In this document: one piece after another, positions 1 to 13,749 of the stretch
How the letters are laid out: every line of letters starts with the position of its first letter
Numbering within the stretch: position 1 is the stretch's first letter
Assembly (NCBI GenBank): GCA_022605425.2
Contig: CM061249.1
Coordinates: 248,001-312,000, forward strand
Reading direction: 5' to 3'
Source of the DNA: Hamiltosporidium tvaerminnensis FI-OER-3-3
Taxonomy: Eukaryota > Fungi > Microsporidia
DNA length: 64,000 bases
Program-made: the position numbers and the translations under genes
Notes under the pieces: model-generated
The model's database searches: none
The model's input: the letters and a program-made list of their open reading frames with translations, nothing else
What the model was told of the DNA's origin: nothing

Positions 1-823
1 CATGAAATAATAAAAGTTTTTTTGTCTTTTCTTTCGTTGGAAAGGTTGCTTTTTTTGATTAAATTTCTTTATTTCTTTCTAGACATTACAAGTGTTGCAA
101 ACCTCTATATTAAATCTCGGATCAGCATTTAATAGACACTTTCTAGATTTATATCTAATTTTTCTTTCAATATTCGCATATTATCCCATGGAAGATAATT
201 TTAAACATACTCCTTATATCATATCTCTAGCCTAGATAAATTACAGGCTAAATCAAATTAGTCCCCTGCGGTTTTGATTTAAGATATAGCATATTTGAAT
301 GTGCATGAAATGAATTTCTTAGATATAATTCTGAGAAAAATAATTCTTTCATTTTGTTTGTAGCATATATAAAACTTCTAAATATTAACTTTGATCTAGA
401 TCTGTGGGATCGCCTTTATCTCGTATAGTATTCTCCACGTGTGATTTTCGATTGAAAAATTAATATTCTTCTCTCATTTTTAATTGAAACTGACTTCTGT
501 ATGCTTGCCCTCCACCCCAGTCTTTATAATAACCTTTATTTCTATATTAATTGAACCTGGAGTATGTCTATGTACTATTCATAGGTGTATATTATCAAAA
601 AAAAGGAAATTTTGTGCAATAAAAACTCGTTTTATATGCATTTTATTCCATGTCTACACTTGCGCTTGAATCATAATGTTCTAAAAAATAACACAAACAA
701 AGAGCCAATAAACCATTTTCCTATGTATTTTCTTTTTAACATTTTATCAAATTAATGTTAGGTGTAATATAATTTTATCGTTTTTTTATTCATTAAAGTT
801 AATTTATATGTTTGAAAATAAAA

Positions 824-1052
824 TTCATTATCATCAGCGCCATAGCCCTGCATGAGCCTTTGCGGCCCTCCGTACTACTGCTCACCGATCTTTTTTCAGT
901 GAGATAGTTTACTTTTTCAGTTTCGTAACGAGATCGTTTTAAATGATAGGTGGTTAGCCCTACTCTCATCCCTCAATATGGACGATCAGTCTCTTTTAGT
1001 CGCCTCTTACGATAAGCAGAGAATACTCCAAGCCAATTTTGCTCTCGGCATA
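824..1052 (-). mobile_element. RTE-derived bipartite SINE-like element, copy 1
   Basis: The reverse complement has ATGCCG..TATTCTCTGCTTATCGTAAGAGGCGACTAAAAG..AGGGCTAACCACC..GTTACGAAAC and ends AAGGCTCATGCAGGGCTATGGCGCTGATGATAATGA. The same blocks occur in the same order at 35284 and 35677. Confidence 0.65.
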
Positions 1053-1844
1053 AACTACAGTTTACCATAAAAAATTATTTTCAAACTTTTTTATATCGAT
1101 TTAAAATTTTTAGAAAAATCAATATTTCAATTCACTAAGTAAAATTAATTTAATAAAAGATAAATTTTAATTGTGGTTTATTAATTCATGATATTTCTAA
1201 ATAATTTATGATTTAATAATTTTTATATCAAAAATTCTTTAAAAAATATTTAATTATTCTCTGATAAATAGAATATGAAGTAAATTTAAATTATTAATTA
1301 GATTATTACAATTCATAATGATTAAATTAATATCATATTGATAGTATTTTGGTATTTATTTATCAGAGAATAAAAATTGATTTTAAAAACTAATAAATTA
1401 TTAATTACTAATTAAAATATATTAATATTTATAGTAATAGATACATTGATTTTAAAAACCTATGAATTATTAATTACTAATTAAATATATTAATTGAATT
1501 AAAATATACCACAAGTAAATAAAAAAATGCATTCTATTTTATTTTCTAACAACCTAAATCTATTAAAATCCACACAAATCTATTAAAATTTACTTAAAAT
1601 TTTACTTACAACTTTTTTCATATTTTTTATTAAATAAAAGGTTCTTTAAATAGAAGCTTAGTTTATTTAAATCTTAAAAGAAAGAACTTATTTTTTATTC
1701 TTATTTCTTAAAAAAATTAATATTTATTTATAAATAGAAATATAAAATAACAGATATTCAATTACCTGAATATAAAAATAAATTCTAATGAATAAGCATA
1801 TCTGTAATAAATAACTAAATCTAATGAGTAAGTATATCTATCTC

Positions 1845-2046
1845 TAGTAAATAACACCCTACCTATCTAGTAATTAACACCCTACATATATCTAGTAAAT
1901 AACACCCTCATACTCCTATTATTAATTAACACCCTACCTACCTATCTCTCTATAATTAACACCCTACCTACCTATCTCTCTAGTAATTAACACCCTACCT
2001 ATCTAGTAATTAACACCCTACATATATCTAGTAATTAACATCCCTC
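1845..2046 (+). repeat. Degenerate minisatellite with a TAACACCCT core (about 8 units)
   Basis: Units such as CTAGTAATTAACACCCTACCTAT repeat directly upstream of the YOP1-like gene. Confidence 0.85.
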
Positions 2047-2095
2047 TTTTTTAAATGAAAAATTTATATAAATAAATAAAAAATGAACCCCAGAA

Positions 2096-2623
2096 ATGTT
2101 AGGAAGACTATTTGTAAACACCGTATCTCTTATTTTTATTCTCTACAACACTTTTAACTTCTTAAAACTGAAAGCACAGAAATCGTGTCTGATAAAACAC
2201 TACCATGCATTTTTTATAACCACATCTATATTTCTATCACTTGATATTTTTCTTAATCCGCTAACAAAAATATTTCCACTTTTTCAAGTTGTAAAATTAT
2301 GTTTTATTTTATGGACTTCTATTCCTTTATGTTCTGGTTCTTTGTTTATTTATAAAATGTATATTTGTAAGATATTTGGTAAGTATCATTGTAAGATTGA
2401 TGAGTTTATTGAGAATAGTCGTTTATTAGTTGTGAGTAAAATTGTTGATACGTATCAACGAGCTTATAGTCTTACTAGTGATGGTCTTAAAAATAATAAA
2501 GTTATAAATTCTTATGTTTTTAAAGATGTTAAAGAAGAGAGTGATACTTTTACTGAGTGTGTTGTATATGAAGAAGAGACGAGTGTTATTGGAAATGTTA
2601 AGACAGAACCACTTGTGGCTTGA
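2096..2623 (+). CDS. YOP1: YOP1/REEP (TB2/DP1/HVA22 family) ER-shaping membrane protein
   Basis: 175 aa with hydrophobic hairpins. FPLFQVVKLCFILW..P..GSLFIY matches the family pattern PxYxxxKxxFxxW..P..GAxxxY. CCCC lies 4 nt before the ATG. Confidence 0.7.
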   Translation: MLGRLFVNTVSLIFILYNTFNFLKLKAQKSCLIKHYHAFFITTSIFLSLDIFLNPLTKIFPLFQVVKLCFILWTSIPLCSGSLFIYKMYICKIFGKYHCKIDEFIENSRLLVVSKIVDTYQRAYSLTSDGLKNNKVINSYVFKDVKEESDTFTECVVYEEETSVIGNVKTEPLVA

Positions 2624-2667
2624 ATTCTTATTTTAGTAAAGTTGTTCTTATATTTCTATTATACTTA

Positions 2668-2846
2668 AAGGGTGTTATTAGTAATATTGTTTAAAGGTGT
2701 TATTATCAGTAGGTTTAATTAACGTGGTGTTATTTATATATACTGTTATTTAACAGGGTGTTAAATATAAACACAGTTGTTTAAAGGGGTGTTAAATATA
2801 TGTACTGTTATTGAAAATGTAGTACTGGTAATAAAGGGGTGTTAAA
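2668..2846 (+). repeat. Degenerate AGGGTGTTA array (reverse complement of the 1845-2046 core)
   Basis: About 6 units of (A/G)GGTGTTA(T/A) downstream of YOP1. Confidence 0.7.
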
Positions 2847-2893
2847 CATAAGTAATATAATTATCTTCAACTGTTTTATTTAAATTATTTTTT

Positions 2894-3247
2894 TTATCCA
2901 AAAGTTCTAGAAAATAAATCAAAAGTAATTTCTTCCGTAGAAGAAAGAAGATTTACCATTTCAAATATTTCTTTATCACTGATTTCAATAAATAATTTAT
3001 TTCTTATATTTATTAAAGAAAATGGTGTTATTATAGGTAAATTTATAGATTTATCAATTTTAAGAAAATTAAATATTTGTAAAATATTTGAATATTTTTT
3101 ATATTTAATATCATTTTTATATATTTTTTGTGGCATTTCAGAAGAAGATAAAGGATATTTCTTGTTTAGAAGAGATAAACACATATATTCTTTAAATGTT
3201 AGATATTTTTTATTTTCATAATCTAAAGATTTAAAATCATAGGACAT
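2894..3247 (-). CDS. Hypothetical protein, 117 aa
   Basis: Open frame in very AT-rich DNA with a CCC-ATG start context. No recognised motif. Confidence 0.6.
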   Translation of the reverse strand: MSYDFKSLDYENKKYLTFKEYMCLSLLNKKYPLSSSEMPQKIYKNDIKYKKYSNILQIFNFLKIDKSINLPIITPFSLINIRNKLFIEISDKEIFEMVNLLSSTEEITFDLFSRTFG

Positions 3248-3526
3248 GGGATTTCTAAAAATATATTTTTTTTATTTTCATAATCTAAAGATTTAAAATC
3301 ATAGGACATGGGATTTCTAAAAATATATTTTTTTTATTTTCGTAATCTAAAGATTTAAAATCATAGGACATGGGATTTCTAAAAATATATTTTTTTTATT
3401 TTCGTAATCTAAAGATTTAAAATCATAGGACATGGGATTTCTAAAAATATATTTTTTTTATTTTCGTAATCTAAAGATTTAAAATCATAGGACATGGGAT
3501 TTCTAAAAATATATTTTTTTTATTTT
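3206..3526. repeat. 62-bp tandem repeat x5 containing the start codon of the 117-aa gene
   Basis: CATGGG recurs, giving minus-strand ATGs at 3247, 3309, 3371, 3433 and 3495. Confidence 0.95.
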
Positions 3527-3775
3527 TAAATTCTAAAGTAAAAATTTTTTATTGATTGTTGAAATATAAATTTATTACTGAATAAATAAAAAATGTTTTT
3601 CAGAAGTAAATAAAGCATTTGATTTGAATTAAAAAAATTTTAAAGAATTTTATAAAAAAAAATAATAAAAAAACTTTTTTAAAAATTTATTTCATTTTTT
3701 ACTGTATTTTATAGAAAAAATAGTAAATTTCTTAATTAGAATTTTACTTCCAACATAAATATTTTATAAAAAAAT

Positions 3776-4086
3776 AAATTCAATATTCTGTTGTTTTAAA
3801 AATATTTTCTATTTCATTTTCATTATCAGAATTTTCAACACAAATTTTTTTAAATTCAATATTCTGTTGTTTTAAAAATATTTTCTATTTCATTTTTATT
3901 ATCAGAATTTTCAAAATAAATTTTTTTAAATTCAATATTCTGTTGTTTTGAAAATATTTTCTATTTCATTTTCATTATCAGAATTTTCAAAACAAATTTT
4001 TTTAAATTCAATATTCTGCTGTTTTAAAGATATTTTCTATTTCATTTTCATTATCAGAATTTTCAACACAAATTTTTTTAAATTCA
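3776..4086. repeat. 76-bp tandem repeat x4 copying the 3' end of the Sec3-like CDS
   Basis: CAATATTCTG recurs at 3781, 3857, 3933 and 4009. Confidence 0.95.
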
Positions 4087-5555
4087 TTTTTTACAATTTT
4101 TAATTCTCCAATTTCTTTAATAATATTTTTAATTCTTTTTTCGTATTCTTCATCTTTAAAAACGTATCCAATAGTTTCTTTTTCAAATTCATCTTTAACT
4201 TTATCTTCAAATTCATTAAGTCTGATTTTATCAGAATCTATTAAAAATGAATTTGATTCTGTTGAATTGAGAATTTGGTAACACAAAATTCTTTTATTTA
4301 CAATATCTGAATATTTTTTTGGTGGATAATTTGATAAACTTTCTATTACATTACTAAGTAATGAACTATTTATTTCTTCTATTTCTGATTTTTTTAAAAT
4401 ATTTATTGTACGAATTAATCCTTTTTTTCTACCTTCGTATTCGTATTGAATTCTTTCTTTTTGAATAAAATCTTGTTTTAATTCCTCGTAGAAACTTTCA
4501 ACTTCTAAAATAAGCTTTCCAAAAATTATTTTATACGACTCACTTATTTCTTCCTTTTCTGATTTATTTAAAGACTCTTTGTCTTGGATTTCAAAATTAT
4601 TTTTATTTTTAAATATTTTTTCTGAATTTTTTGGTCGGTATTTTTCAATGACAGATTTTAGAGCATTTAAACAGGTAACAGGTGCATTCTTATAAATTTT
4701 TTTAATTCCATTTACCAATGCATTGTTGAAATCTCTAAAAATAAATTCCAACATTTCTAAACAATCTTCTTCTGGTAAAATCACTCTTTTAACAAAAAAG
4801 TTTTCAGCTCTATAAACAAGAAAAATGGATTGAAAAAGAATATCAAATGCTTCTTTAATATCCATATCATGATTTATTACTTTTGTTATTATTTTTAATT
4901 GGTATGAAAGTTCATGGTTGTACGTATCTTTAGAAAATGTAGTATAAACACTGCTAATTAAAGTATAATTTTCATATTTTTTAAAATATTTTAATATTTC
5001 TTTGTACGGTGTTATTGTCTTATAAAGATCTGTATGTATTATTAACTCACCTGTAGGTGTTGGAGAAGCAAGTATGGTGGCAAAAAAAGTAGAAAATTTT
5101 TTAAAAAAAGATTTAAGTTGCGTTTGAATTAATTCTTTTTTTTCTAAAGCCAAATCCAAAGTATAATTTTCTAAAGAAACTGAAGTAAAAATATCTAATG
5201 CTCGTTCTATTTTAGATATTGGTGTGTTTAAACTGTGAAGTGCTTCAAAATGCTCGTCTTTGATTTCTAATACAATTAATAATTTTTTTAATTCGTCGTA
5301 CAGAAGAGTTGTGTTTCGTATTTCAAGATCAAGATTTTTATTTTTTTCTTGGACATTTTCCATTTCTTGGGAAAGTGCTGACATTTTTACAATGTGTAGA
5401 TTTAAGGAAGAAGCAAGTGAATTGCAGTGTTCTTGTATCAAATTAAGTGAATTTATGTGGGATTTTAGATTTGAAGTTTCTTCAATGAATTTATCAAGAT
5501 TTTCTAATAAGTTGGTGTCTTCTAACATGATATCTTCTTCGTTTGTATTTTGCAT
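4008..5555 (-). CDS. Probable exocyst component Sec3-like helical protein
   Basis: 515 aa with an N-terminal coiled coil. LDLEIRNTTLLYDELKKLL and HTDLYKTITPYKEILKYFK..Y..ISSVY resemble Sec3 C-domain motifs (from memory). Confidence 0.55.
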   Translation of the reverse strand: MQNTNEEDIMLEDTNLLENLDKFIEETSNLKSHINSLNLIQEHCNSLASSLNLHIVKMSALSQEMENVQEKNKNLDLEIRNTTLLYDELKKLLIVLEIKDEHFEALHSLNTPISKIERALDIFTSVSLENYTLDLALEKKELIQTQLKSFFKKFSTFFATILASPTPTGELIIHTDLYKTITPYKEILKYFKKYENYTLISSVYTTFSKDTYNHELSYQLKIITKVINHDMDIKEAFDILFQSIFLVYRAENFFVKRVILPEEDCLEMLEFIFRDFNNALVNGIKKIYKNAPVTCLNALKSVIEKYRPKNSEKIFKNKNNFEIQDKESLNKSEKEEISESYKIIFGKLILEVESFYEELKQDFIQKERIQYEYEGRKKGLIRTINILKKSEIEEINSSLLSNVIESLSNYPPKKYSDIVNKRILCYQILNSTESNSFLIDSDKIRLNEFEDKVKDEFEKETIGYVFKDEEYEKRIKNIIKEIGELKIVKNEFKKICVENSDNENEIENIFKTAEY

Positions 5556-6299
5556 GGCCTTGAAATTTTTTAAGGATAAAAAATTTTTTTATTTTGAATT
5601 TTGATTTTTTAATTTCAGATGAGACAAATTATTTTTGGAAAAAAGATAATTTTTTGTTGTAGCGAATAGATAGATATTTAATAGAATTCTGGGTGGAAAT
5701 GGTTTTATGATCTTTAGGCATTTTCTTCTACCTCTTTTACCAGAGTTGTTGTATTGAATAGAAAATTTTTATTTGAAAATAATAAATTCTTTTGTTTCAA
5801 ATTTTAACAAAATATTTATTATAGAATCGAACTAAATGATATATTTTAATAATATTTATAACCAGAAATATATGTTAAAAATATATAAAAAATAAATAAT
5901 TTGGTGAAATATGTGTTTCTATAAAATATGAATAAAATTTAAATCCTTTCTTGTGTTTTTTTAATAATTCATATTGCTATTTTCTATTTTTGGCAACAAA
6001 TAAATAACTGATAATAGAAGAGTTAATTGTTTTTTTGGTTTCATATTCAAAAATAGAGTTATGAATATTAAGAACTAGAGAATAAAAAATTATACAGTTT
6101 TTTTTTTTTTTAAAATTTATAGAGGTAATCAAATTATTGTACTTAGTCTTCTCAATATACAAAGTAATATTTTTTAAGTTAATTTACTTTTTTTATTGGC
6201 TATTTATTTGTAATAATATAACCGAATGCACGAGAAATATCTATATATCTTGATAAGCAATTAATAGCTTATAAATATTTAAAGCTGCTAGTATTTTAT

Positions 6300-9128
6300 A
6301 GTGCGTTATCGTATTTATCTTTTGTTGGTGTTTCGGAAGATATTATTCAAACAAGGAAGTTAATTGTCATTTTAGAAACTTATTTGGCAATGATTTATTC
6401 CGGTTGTTTTGAAACTTCAAAATTTTCATTTTATAAAGATAGCGAAATAGAAGGACTTGTTTAATATTCTTTACTAGTTTGATTTATAATAATTCTTATT
6501 ACCTGAAAGCATTTGTCTTGAACGAACTGCAGGAGAAGCTCTTAACTAAAGCTTAAGCCAATAAAAAAATTACGTTTTTAAGTTTTTTGCCACAAATATG
6601 CTAAAATTAAGAATAAAATAAAGAAACATTTGACTTTAATATTTCTTTGCTATGTTTAAGATTTCATTCTCACAAATAGACAATCTTTCTCATTGTTACT
6701 CGGGTGCGTATAGATAAATACGCTGACTATAAAGAACACGAACACTTTTTCTTCCTCATTTTTTCGCTGTCTGGTTCTACTATTGTGCGCCTTGAAACTT
6801 AGCAAAGAAACCTCTTTGAGAAGAATATGTGTACGCGTTTATACATCCGATTGAAAACACTACTCACTGATTTTAACATTAAAATTGATCCATGAATCAA
6901 GCTCATGGTTAGAATGATATCATAACCGAAATTATTTCCTCTGATTCTGAAAAGTATTTTGTTACCTACTTATTATGTTATTTCTATAAAATTATAAGAA
7001 TTGTACTGAGCTCAGCTTTGGTAATAAAATACATCTTTAACTATAAGTATGATGCTATAAAATTCCGCGTACGTTATAAAAAGATAGTGCGTAATGACCT
7101 TAATTTATCTTATGTTCAAAGATATTTTTAAATCTCAATCTCGAATCCTCAAAGTTATTAGAGCACTTCAACGATGTCTATGATGTTGAGGTTAGGCATA
7201 TACGATCAGTTGCAGTTAAATCGGCTTGAATTGATTCCGGCGGTACAACCCGAATTATGCGAGTCAGAAATGCAAAATATGTTGTAGAAACGTTTTCACT
7301 AGTTACATATCTTTGAATAAAGAAAAAAATCAAACATAATCGCTTAAGAATCATTAAATCCTTGCGTTTAATACACACCAAACCAGTAATACATCCCGAG
7401 ACACAATAGAATTCAGCTAATTTCATTATTCGAAGATTTATTTTATCACGATTCCAAGAATTTAATAAATATATTTTGCTGCCGACCATAGGAGACATAA
7501 AAGTCTGTTCATAAAAATAGATATACCGTTGGAAGGGTTGATTTATGTTAATAATTTTCGCCAGCTGCATTTATTTATGAGATATATATATAAGGAAAAG
7601 AAATAAAGAGAAATTTCTGTTTTGTGAGTCGGTGGAATGGACTTCTGAAGGAATCAGTGTTTTCAATCAGATAAAAAAATTTATTTATAAATCAATTACT
7701 TTTGAATGTGCATGGCTCATCATGCACTGATAGAGCCTTAGCAATGCTACGTAATAATACTGGATTTTAAATAACAAGGGGACTATCTCAAGTGCAAAAA
7801 TGGATTGCATGTTTTATTTCCATATACTGCATTCAAAAACATTGCCCGTAAGTTTAAACATCACACAATTACCGTATTAACGTAGTAAATATATCCATTA
7901 AACAGCTTTGATCATCTTATTTTTGTTGGCTGGTGTGATGGGATTTGTGCTGCTTATACCTTGCTTCTATGCCACGCTGAAATACGATGGTTCTCTAAAG
8001 ACGCATGCTTTGCCCTGTTTTTAATTTAAAAAGAAATCATTACGTTGCTGACTGGTAACAATAGTGATCTTATAAAATGTTTAGAAAGTAAAGACGGAAT
8101 CCGAAATTAACCTACATAACCAATATATACAGCCACTCAAATGAATTTAACATATTAATCTGTAGTAATTTACTATATAAAAATGGGTTGTGGTGTTTCT
8201 AAAAAATAAAATTTAGTTTATATGACCCTTAAGGAAAAAACACAAACAAAATCACTGGTGGAATTTTCTCTTTACAAACCCTTTTAGCAAAATGACTCTT
8301 TACTTACACAGGTTGCTAAACCCTATATTTCAAAAGATGATGCCAGTTTCTAACGAAGATACCTTTCATCTGGGTGCCTCGAGAGTGGTTACGACACAAA
8401 CGAAGGATTTGTTACGAGCTTAATGATATCAACTGAAATTTATCCTCTTTTATATAAAAATTAAAAATTCAAATATGTCGAGTTGAAATTAGAAATGTTC
8501 CAAATTCTCTTTGCTATATTTACTCGTTTTAGAAACCAAAAATAATTCAATTGTACTTGTCATTGCTATGAATTTAAAATTGGCGAGTCGTACAATGGAT
8601 ATTTTCTTACCAGAAATATTCCAAACTCATAAATGGATACTAAATCAATTTCTATATAATCTAAATTCTATCGAAGATTGGGATTTAAAATAAACGATTT
8701 TATTGAAATGCGAGACACTGGATATATTAAATTGAATTCCAATAATTCTGTAGTACACAGGTATAACCTTATCCACGGCCATAAAAAGAAGCGTTGTGGC
8801 TATTTTTACCATTTTTTACTGCCTATTTGTGTGAAATAGGAGTTTCATCACTTTTGCATGGAAAAACTTAAGTTAAGAACTGTAATAATCCAAGTAATAA
8901 CTTACGAGAGTCTCTTGCGAAAAAAAAGCAAAAATAGCCTAGCATTTAAAAATTTAAATCTTTTGTATGTGATATGTAAAATTTAAAATTTTTATAACTA
9001 ACCAACAAATTTATAAAAAAAACCTTTTTTTATATCACAAAAATTTGAAACAATTTTTTTTAGGGGTGCGACCACTTATTTTCAGATTCGAAAGGGGTAC
9101 GACTCTGTTAAGAGTTTAAGATACACAG
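6300..9128 (+). mobile_element. Heavily decayed hAT (Buster/ZBED5-like) transposon; boundaries approximate
   Basis: Ordered relic motifs: CTDRALAM (~7723, cf. CTDGAxAM), CHAEIRWFSK (~7970, cf. HTEVRWLSRG), LPFFTAYLCEIGVS (~8806, cf. LPFxTTYLCExGFS). Many stops. Confidence 0.7.
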
Positions 9129-9549
9129 TGGTATTGAGCCTGGAAAGTATCGAGAAAATTGATCTAAATCAGCAAAAAAAAGGAAATACAAATTATTTCG
9201 AATATTTATCAAGAGACTAATTCAATATATTGCAAATGAAAAACCTTTAAATAAAACGAATTTGAAGCGTAATTTTTAAGTTTGATTTGAACAATCCAGA
9301 AGATGATATTTTAGAATATTTTAATATGAAATAAATTTGAAAGGTTTTACCGAGTAGATAATAACACATTTCAGATACCCATTATCTTTATAAGCAAGTA
9401 AATATGACATGAAAAGACTCTCGACTATTAGCATAATTCAAAAAAGCGAAAATACAGCCACAGCCCTTGTTTTCTTATTGATATAAAGAATAACAATATA
9501 AGGTTGGTTGAGTATAAATTTAATCAAAAAATAAAACATTTAAATCAGA

Positions 9550-10900
9550 TTAATTTCGACCCCATCAAAAAAAACCATCACCAACAACAAAGAAAATTGC
9601 TGAATACGCTATCATAGAACTGAGGAAGTAGGAGCAACATGAAAAAAAAAACCATAACTGCTGCTCTATGTATTTTTCTTTCTTTCTAAACAAAATGTTC
9701 CGATCCGGGATTACAACAAATATAAATTTCTCAGTTTCGAAGATGAAAACTTACCTTATTCACAGAACACTGTATATTTTACCGAAAATACTTATAAAAT
9801 GAATATTATCAAATAGCCATACATCCAGGAGATATAAAAAAAGTTTTTTGACCAACTGAATGAAAATTATGAAATAAAAAGAATGTATTTTTGGTGTATC
9901 TGATACATCACGAACAAGTCAGAAGCAATAATATTTTTTTTAGTTTATTTAGATTGTGCCAAAATATTTTTAGATAATATATTGGTACATTTCATAAAAT
10001 GATGAAGATCGCCAACAAAGTAATAAAAATTCTAATATTTCTAAAATTACAAGATTAGGTATTGATTTTGATAAGAGTAATTTTTTTTGAATGAAGTAAA
10101 ATTCTTAGAATGCATTGGTAAAAACAATGTGCTAAAACCTGATATCAAAATTGTTAGTTTTTCAAATATATTAACAGCTTTTGCCTTTAAAAAAAATTTT
10201 TAGTTCCTTGGATAAATAAACTGATTTTCCTGGCTTTTATTGCTGCAAATTAGTACTCATATTTCAAAATGTAATGACTGTCTCAAACAATGTCAGTTTA
10301 AATGAGTAGGGATGGTATATGATAACCAGAAATTATATGTAACGATGTTCCAAATCAAAAATTTGTATATCTCAGATCAAAATATGCTCACGATCTATTT
10401 ACGAACACCTTTGAAACTTACATATCTGTATCATGCTTGAAAATAATAAGTGTATAAAACATTTTGGCTTTAAAATTGATCAAATTCGATTCAATAACTG
10501 ATTGTTATAAGGTATGTTTGATCATAATTAAATGACTTAATGCCTGAAGAAAAATAACATTAAACATACTAGTTATCATTTCTGTATCTTAACACAATAA
10601 ATTTATTAAATAGATGCTTCTAACGCTAGAACCAAAAGATACAAACTGCTGTTGGCTGAAATAAAGCCGAGACAAGGTATTAAAAAAAATCGTTAGTGCA
10701 AATATTTTCATCAAAAAAGTTGGGTTCCCTCTTCAACATTCATTTGACCATAAAAAATATTATATAAGAGAGTCAATGGAAATATAAAACTGATATAGAA
10801 AAATAGTCATATAATTTGCAAATCTAGCAGAAAAATGTAAGTAGACGGCGAATGCTATAGAGTTTTAATTCCTACTGATATTTTTAAAATTCAGGTAATT
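9550..10900 (+). mobile_element. Possible decayed Ty3/gypsy pol fragment
   Basis: Weak ordered relics only: IHPGDIKK (~9819), EVKFL (~10093), FDHK (~10744). Confidence 0.3.
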
Positions 10901-13749
10901 ATCTATCTTCACACAATGCTAAAAAATTTTTGGCGTAACATATTATACTATAGTATCATGAATTTTTATAAGTGTCAAATATTTAACATACTCATGCCTC
11001 AACTGAATAATTAATGTTGTATTTTAAACCCATCCACCCACTATTTTATATTGCCCCTTTAATTTATAATTACTAAAACTATAAAACCAAGTATGAAAAC
11101 ATATGAGCTCGGTCAAAAAAATTAAACACTTATAATATAATGTAAAATTTAGAAATTTTATTTTTACGCGATCAGTGCTTTTGGTTGTATTTTTACAAAA
11201 ATTCCGTTGTTTCAAAATAAATTGAAGGACTGTTTTTTATGGTGTTCTTGAATGCCAGGGTGCCATGGTTTGCGAAACAGTTGCAGTATATATAAAAAAA
11301 ATATTTTTGAGTAAAATCAATTTACACTATATTACAGGTTGCTGTTCAATTATGTAAAACTTCTTAAATTGTTGTGTCTAACCCATTCTACAACAACATT
11401 TTTTTTTCACTTTTAAACTGTAAAAACAATATATTAGATCCATTTGATACATCTAAATTCGTTTGTTCACTTTAATTTCTTTTGATAAACAATTTTCTTA
11501 TAGCTTTTAATCTATCATATTTTTTTATTCTTCATATATTAAGAAATGCAAATTATTGCAAAAACAAAAAAAAACGAGATTAAGCGATAAATTGAAAAAT
11601 AAAAGCCTATGAAATACCACCTTTAAAGATAAAAATGATTTAAAAAAAGAAAAGCTTAAACTCATTCATTTTGTTGCCAATAACAAATAATTCATCATAA
11701 TGAAAGTTCTTAATACGATTTTAGAAAACAATTTTCTGTTTGTTTTCGCATTCTATTAAAATGCAATTCATTGCATCTTTAAAAGAACAACTTTCTAAAG
11801 TTTTTCCTCATAAATACTAACCATTATATTCTTTTTCGCTTTTTGATTGGTATATAACTCCATTTAATCGTAAAAAACCACTAGGATTAAATTTTAAACA
11901 GATGAGGTGTATGTCCGCATCATTTTTCATACAAGCCACATTTTTAGCTCTATATCAAAGTGAGACTGTTAAACAATATTAATTATATTTCACATATTTT
12001 GAGCTCAAAATTATGATTTATTTTTAAAGATAAATTTCGGAATATTTTCCCTAGTTAATTCTTTAATAAATATTTATCACATCAGGTTGTTGTTGACAAA
12101 ATTTTTACCTTTCAAAAATACAATATATTTTTCCATCCAAAAATGAATCTAAATAAAAAAATTTGAACCCTTATTATAAAAAAGTTCAGCGAAGAAACAT
12201 TTGATTCATCAAAAATTTAATCTTATGTTATATTTAATTGGTTGTAGCATATTTTAACATGTTATAATCCGAAAATATTATATTATAGGTTTTATAATAT
12301 CTTTGCAATACAACTTATAATCATCTCTAAATGAACTGCGAAGAACATAAAAGTGCATTAGAGAGGAAACTAATCGTTTGTAATGTATCGATAACTAATT
12401 TTCTAGAAAAATCAGATAAAATAATGTTAAGAATGTTTTTCATGTTTGTAAAAAGTCATTAAAATGATTATTGTAGCAGGTTATGAGTGTAACTACATCG
12501 CCATCATAAGAAAAACTGATCTAACATGTATAAACTAATGTGGAATAACAACAGCTTTCCTAAAATTTAATGTAAATATATGTGTTAAGCTTAGAAATGC
12601 GGATCTTAAAAGAATTTAAAACACTTAATTAGATCCAATAATTTTGCTTGTAATAATGGTAATTTTGGATAAAGTGATTCTAATTGCATTCTTACCAATA
12701 AAGCTTCCTTTTGGCTTGTTTTCTGATGACTAAAAATATTTTAATAGATTAAATTACATAAACTTATCATGTTAATTAATAGTCAAAAACGTGCGAAAAG
12801 GGAAATATTTTGAAGAAAGAGTTTTAAAAATTTAAATAATGAAGTTGTAATTTATATTTCTTTTTGTTAACTCAACGTTTTTCTTTTTTTTTGCCTTGAC
12901 ATCTTATTTCTATAATTTATTTGTACATTTTTTTATTTTAAAATCATATTTCAAATTTTTTTTATATATTATTTCCATAAGTCGCTAACCAATCACTCGC
13001 CAAATTTCCTAAAATACTCTTTCGCACCAAAGAACGCATAAATATATTTTTTCAAATAAACTCATCTTAATTAGCACGGAGAAAATTTCTGGGTTGCTTT
13101 ACTATTGGTTAATGGTAATGCAAAACAAAAGGGGCGGAATGGGGATGCACTTTGAAATGCAACAATTATTTTAAAAAAATATCATAGTTAATTCTATTCT
13201 TGATAAAACTGCAATAAGGTGAAAAGTATCGCGTTAAATGCAAAAGGTAAATTCTATATTTTTACATGCGAAGAACGATATAAAAAAAGGCTCCGAAGCT
13301 AAGGAAAGACTTTTTTAAATAAAATGCTTGGTTTTCATGGGATAAAATATTCTATTTTAAACAATTGTTGCTTTTTTAATGATCTTATTCAAACGATCTT
13401 CACCCTCATTATTTATATACTTCAAAAAAGTAAAATCGTCCAAGGTAGTATTGCCCGTCAAGAAAATAATGATAAATATTCATGTAATATATTCTTGTTT
13501 CTTTGGCTCTTCTTTGTATCTGGATACATTTTATATCAATGTTTCGGTGGTAAAAACTTTTTGTATGCTTCTTTCTATACTGTGTTTCTGAATTTCTAAT
13601 TTTGTAAGACAATTTGAGTGTATAGAAAATATAAAAAATGTATAGTATTTAAGTAATAAATTATTATTGCATTATATTCCGATTTTTAATTTAATTATCC
13701 ATAACATGTAAAAAAATAAAGTACATAATATAATATTATAGGTTTTATA

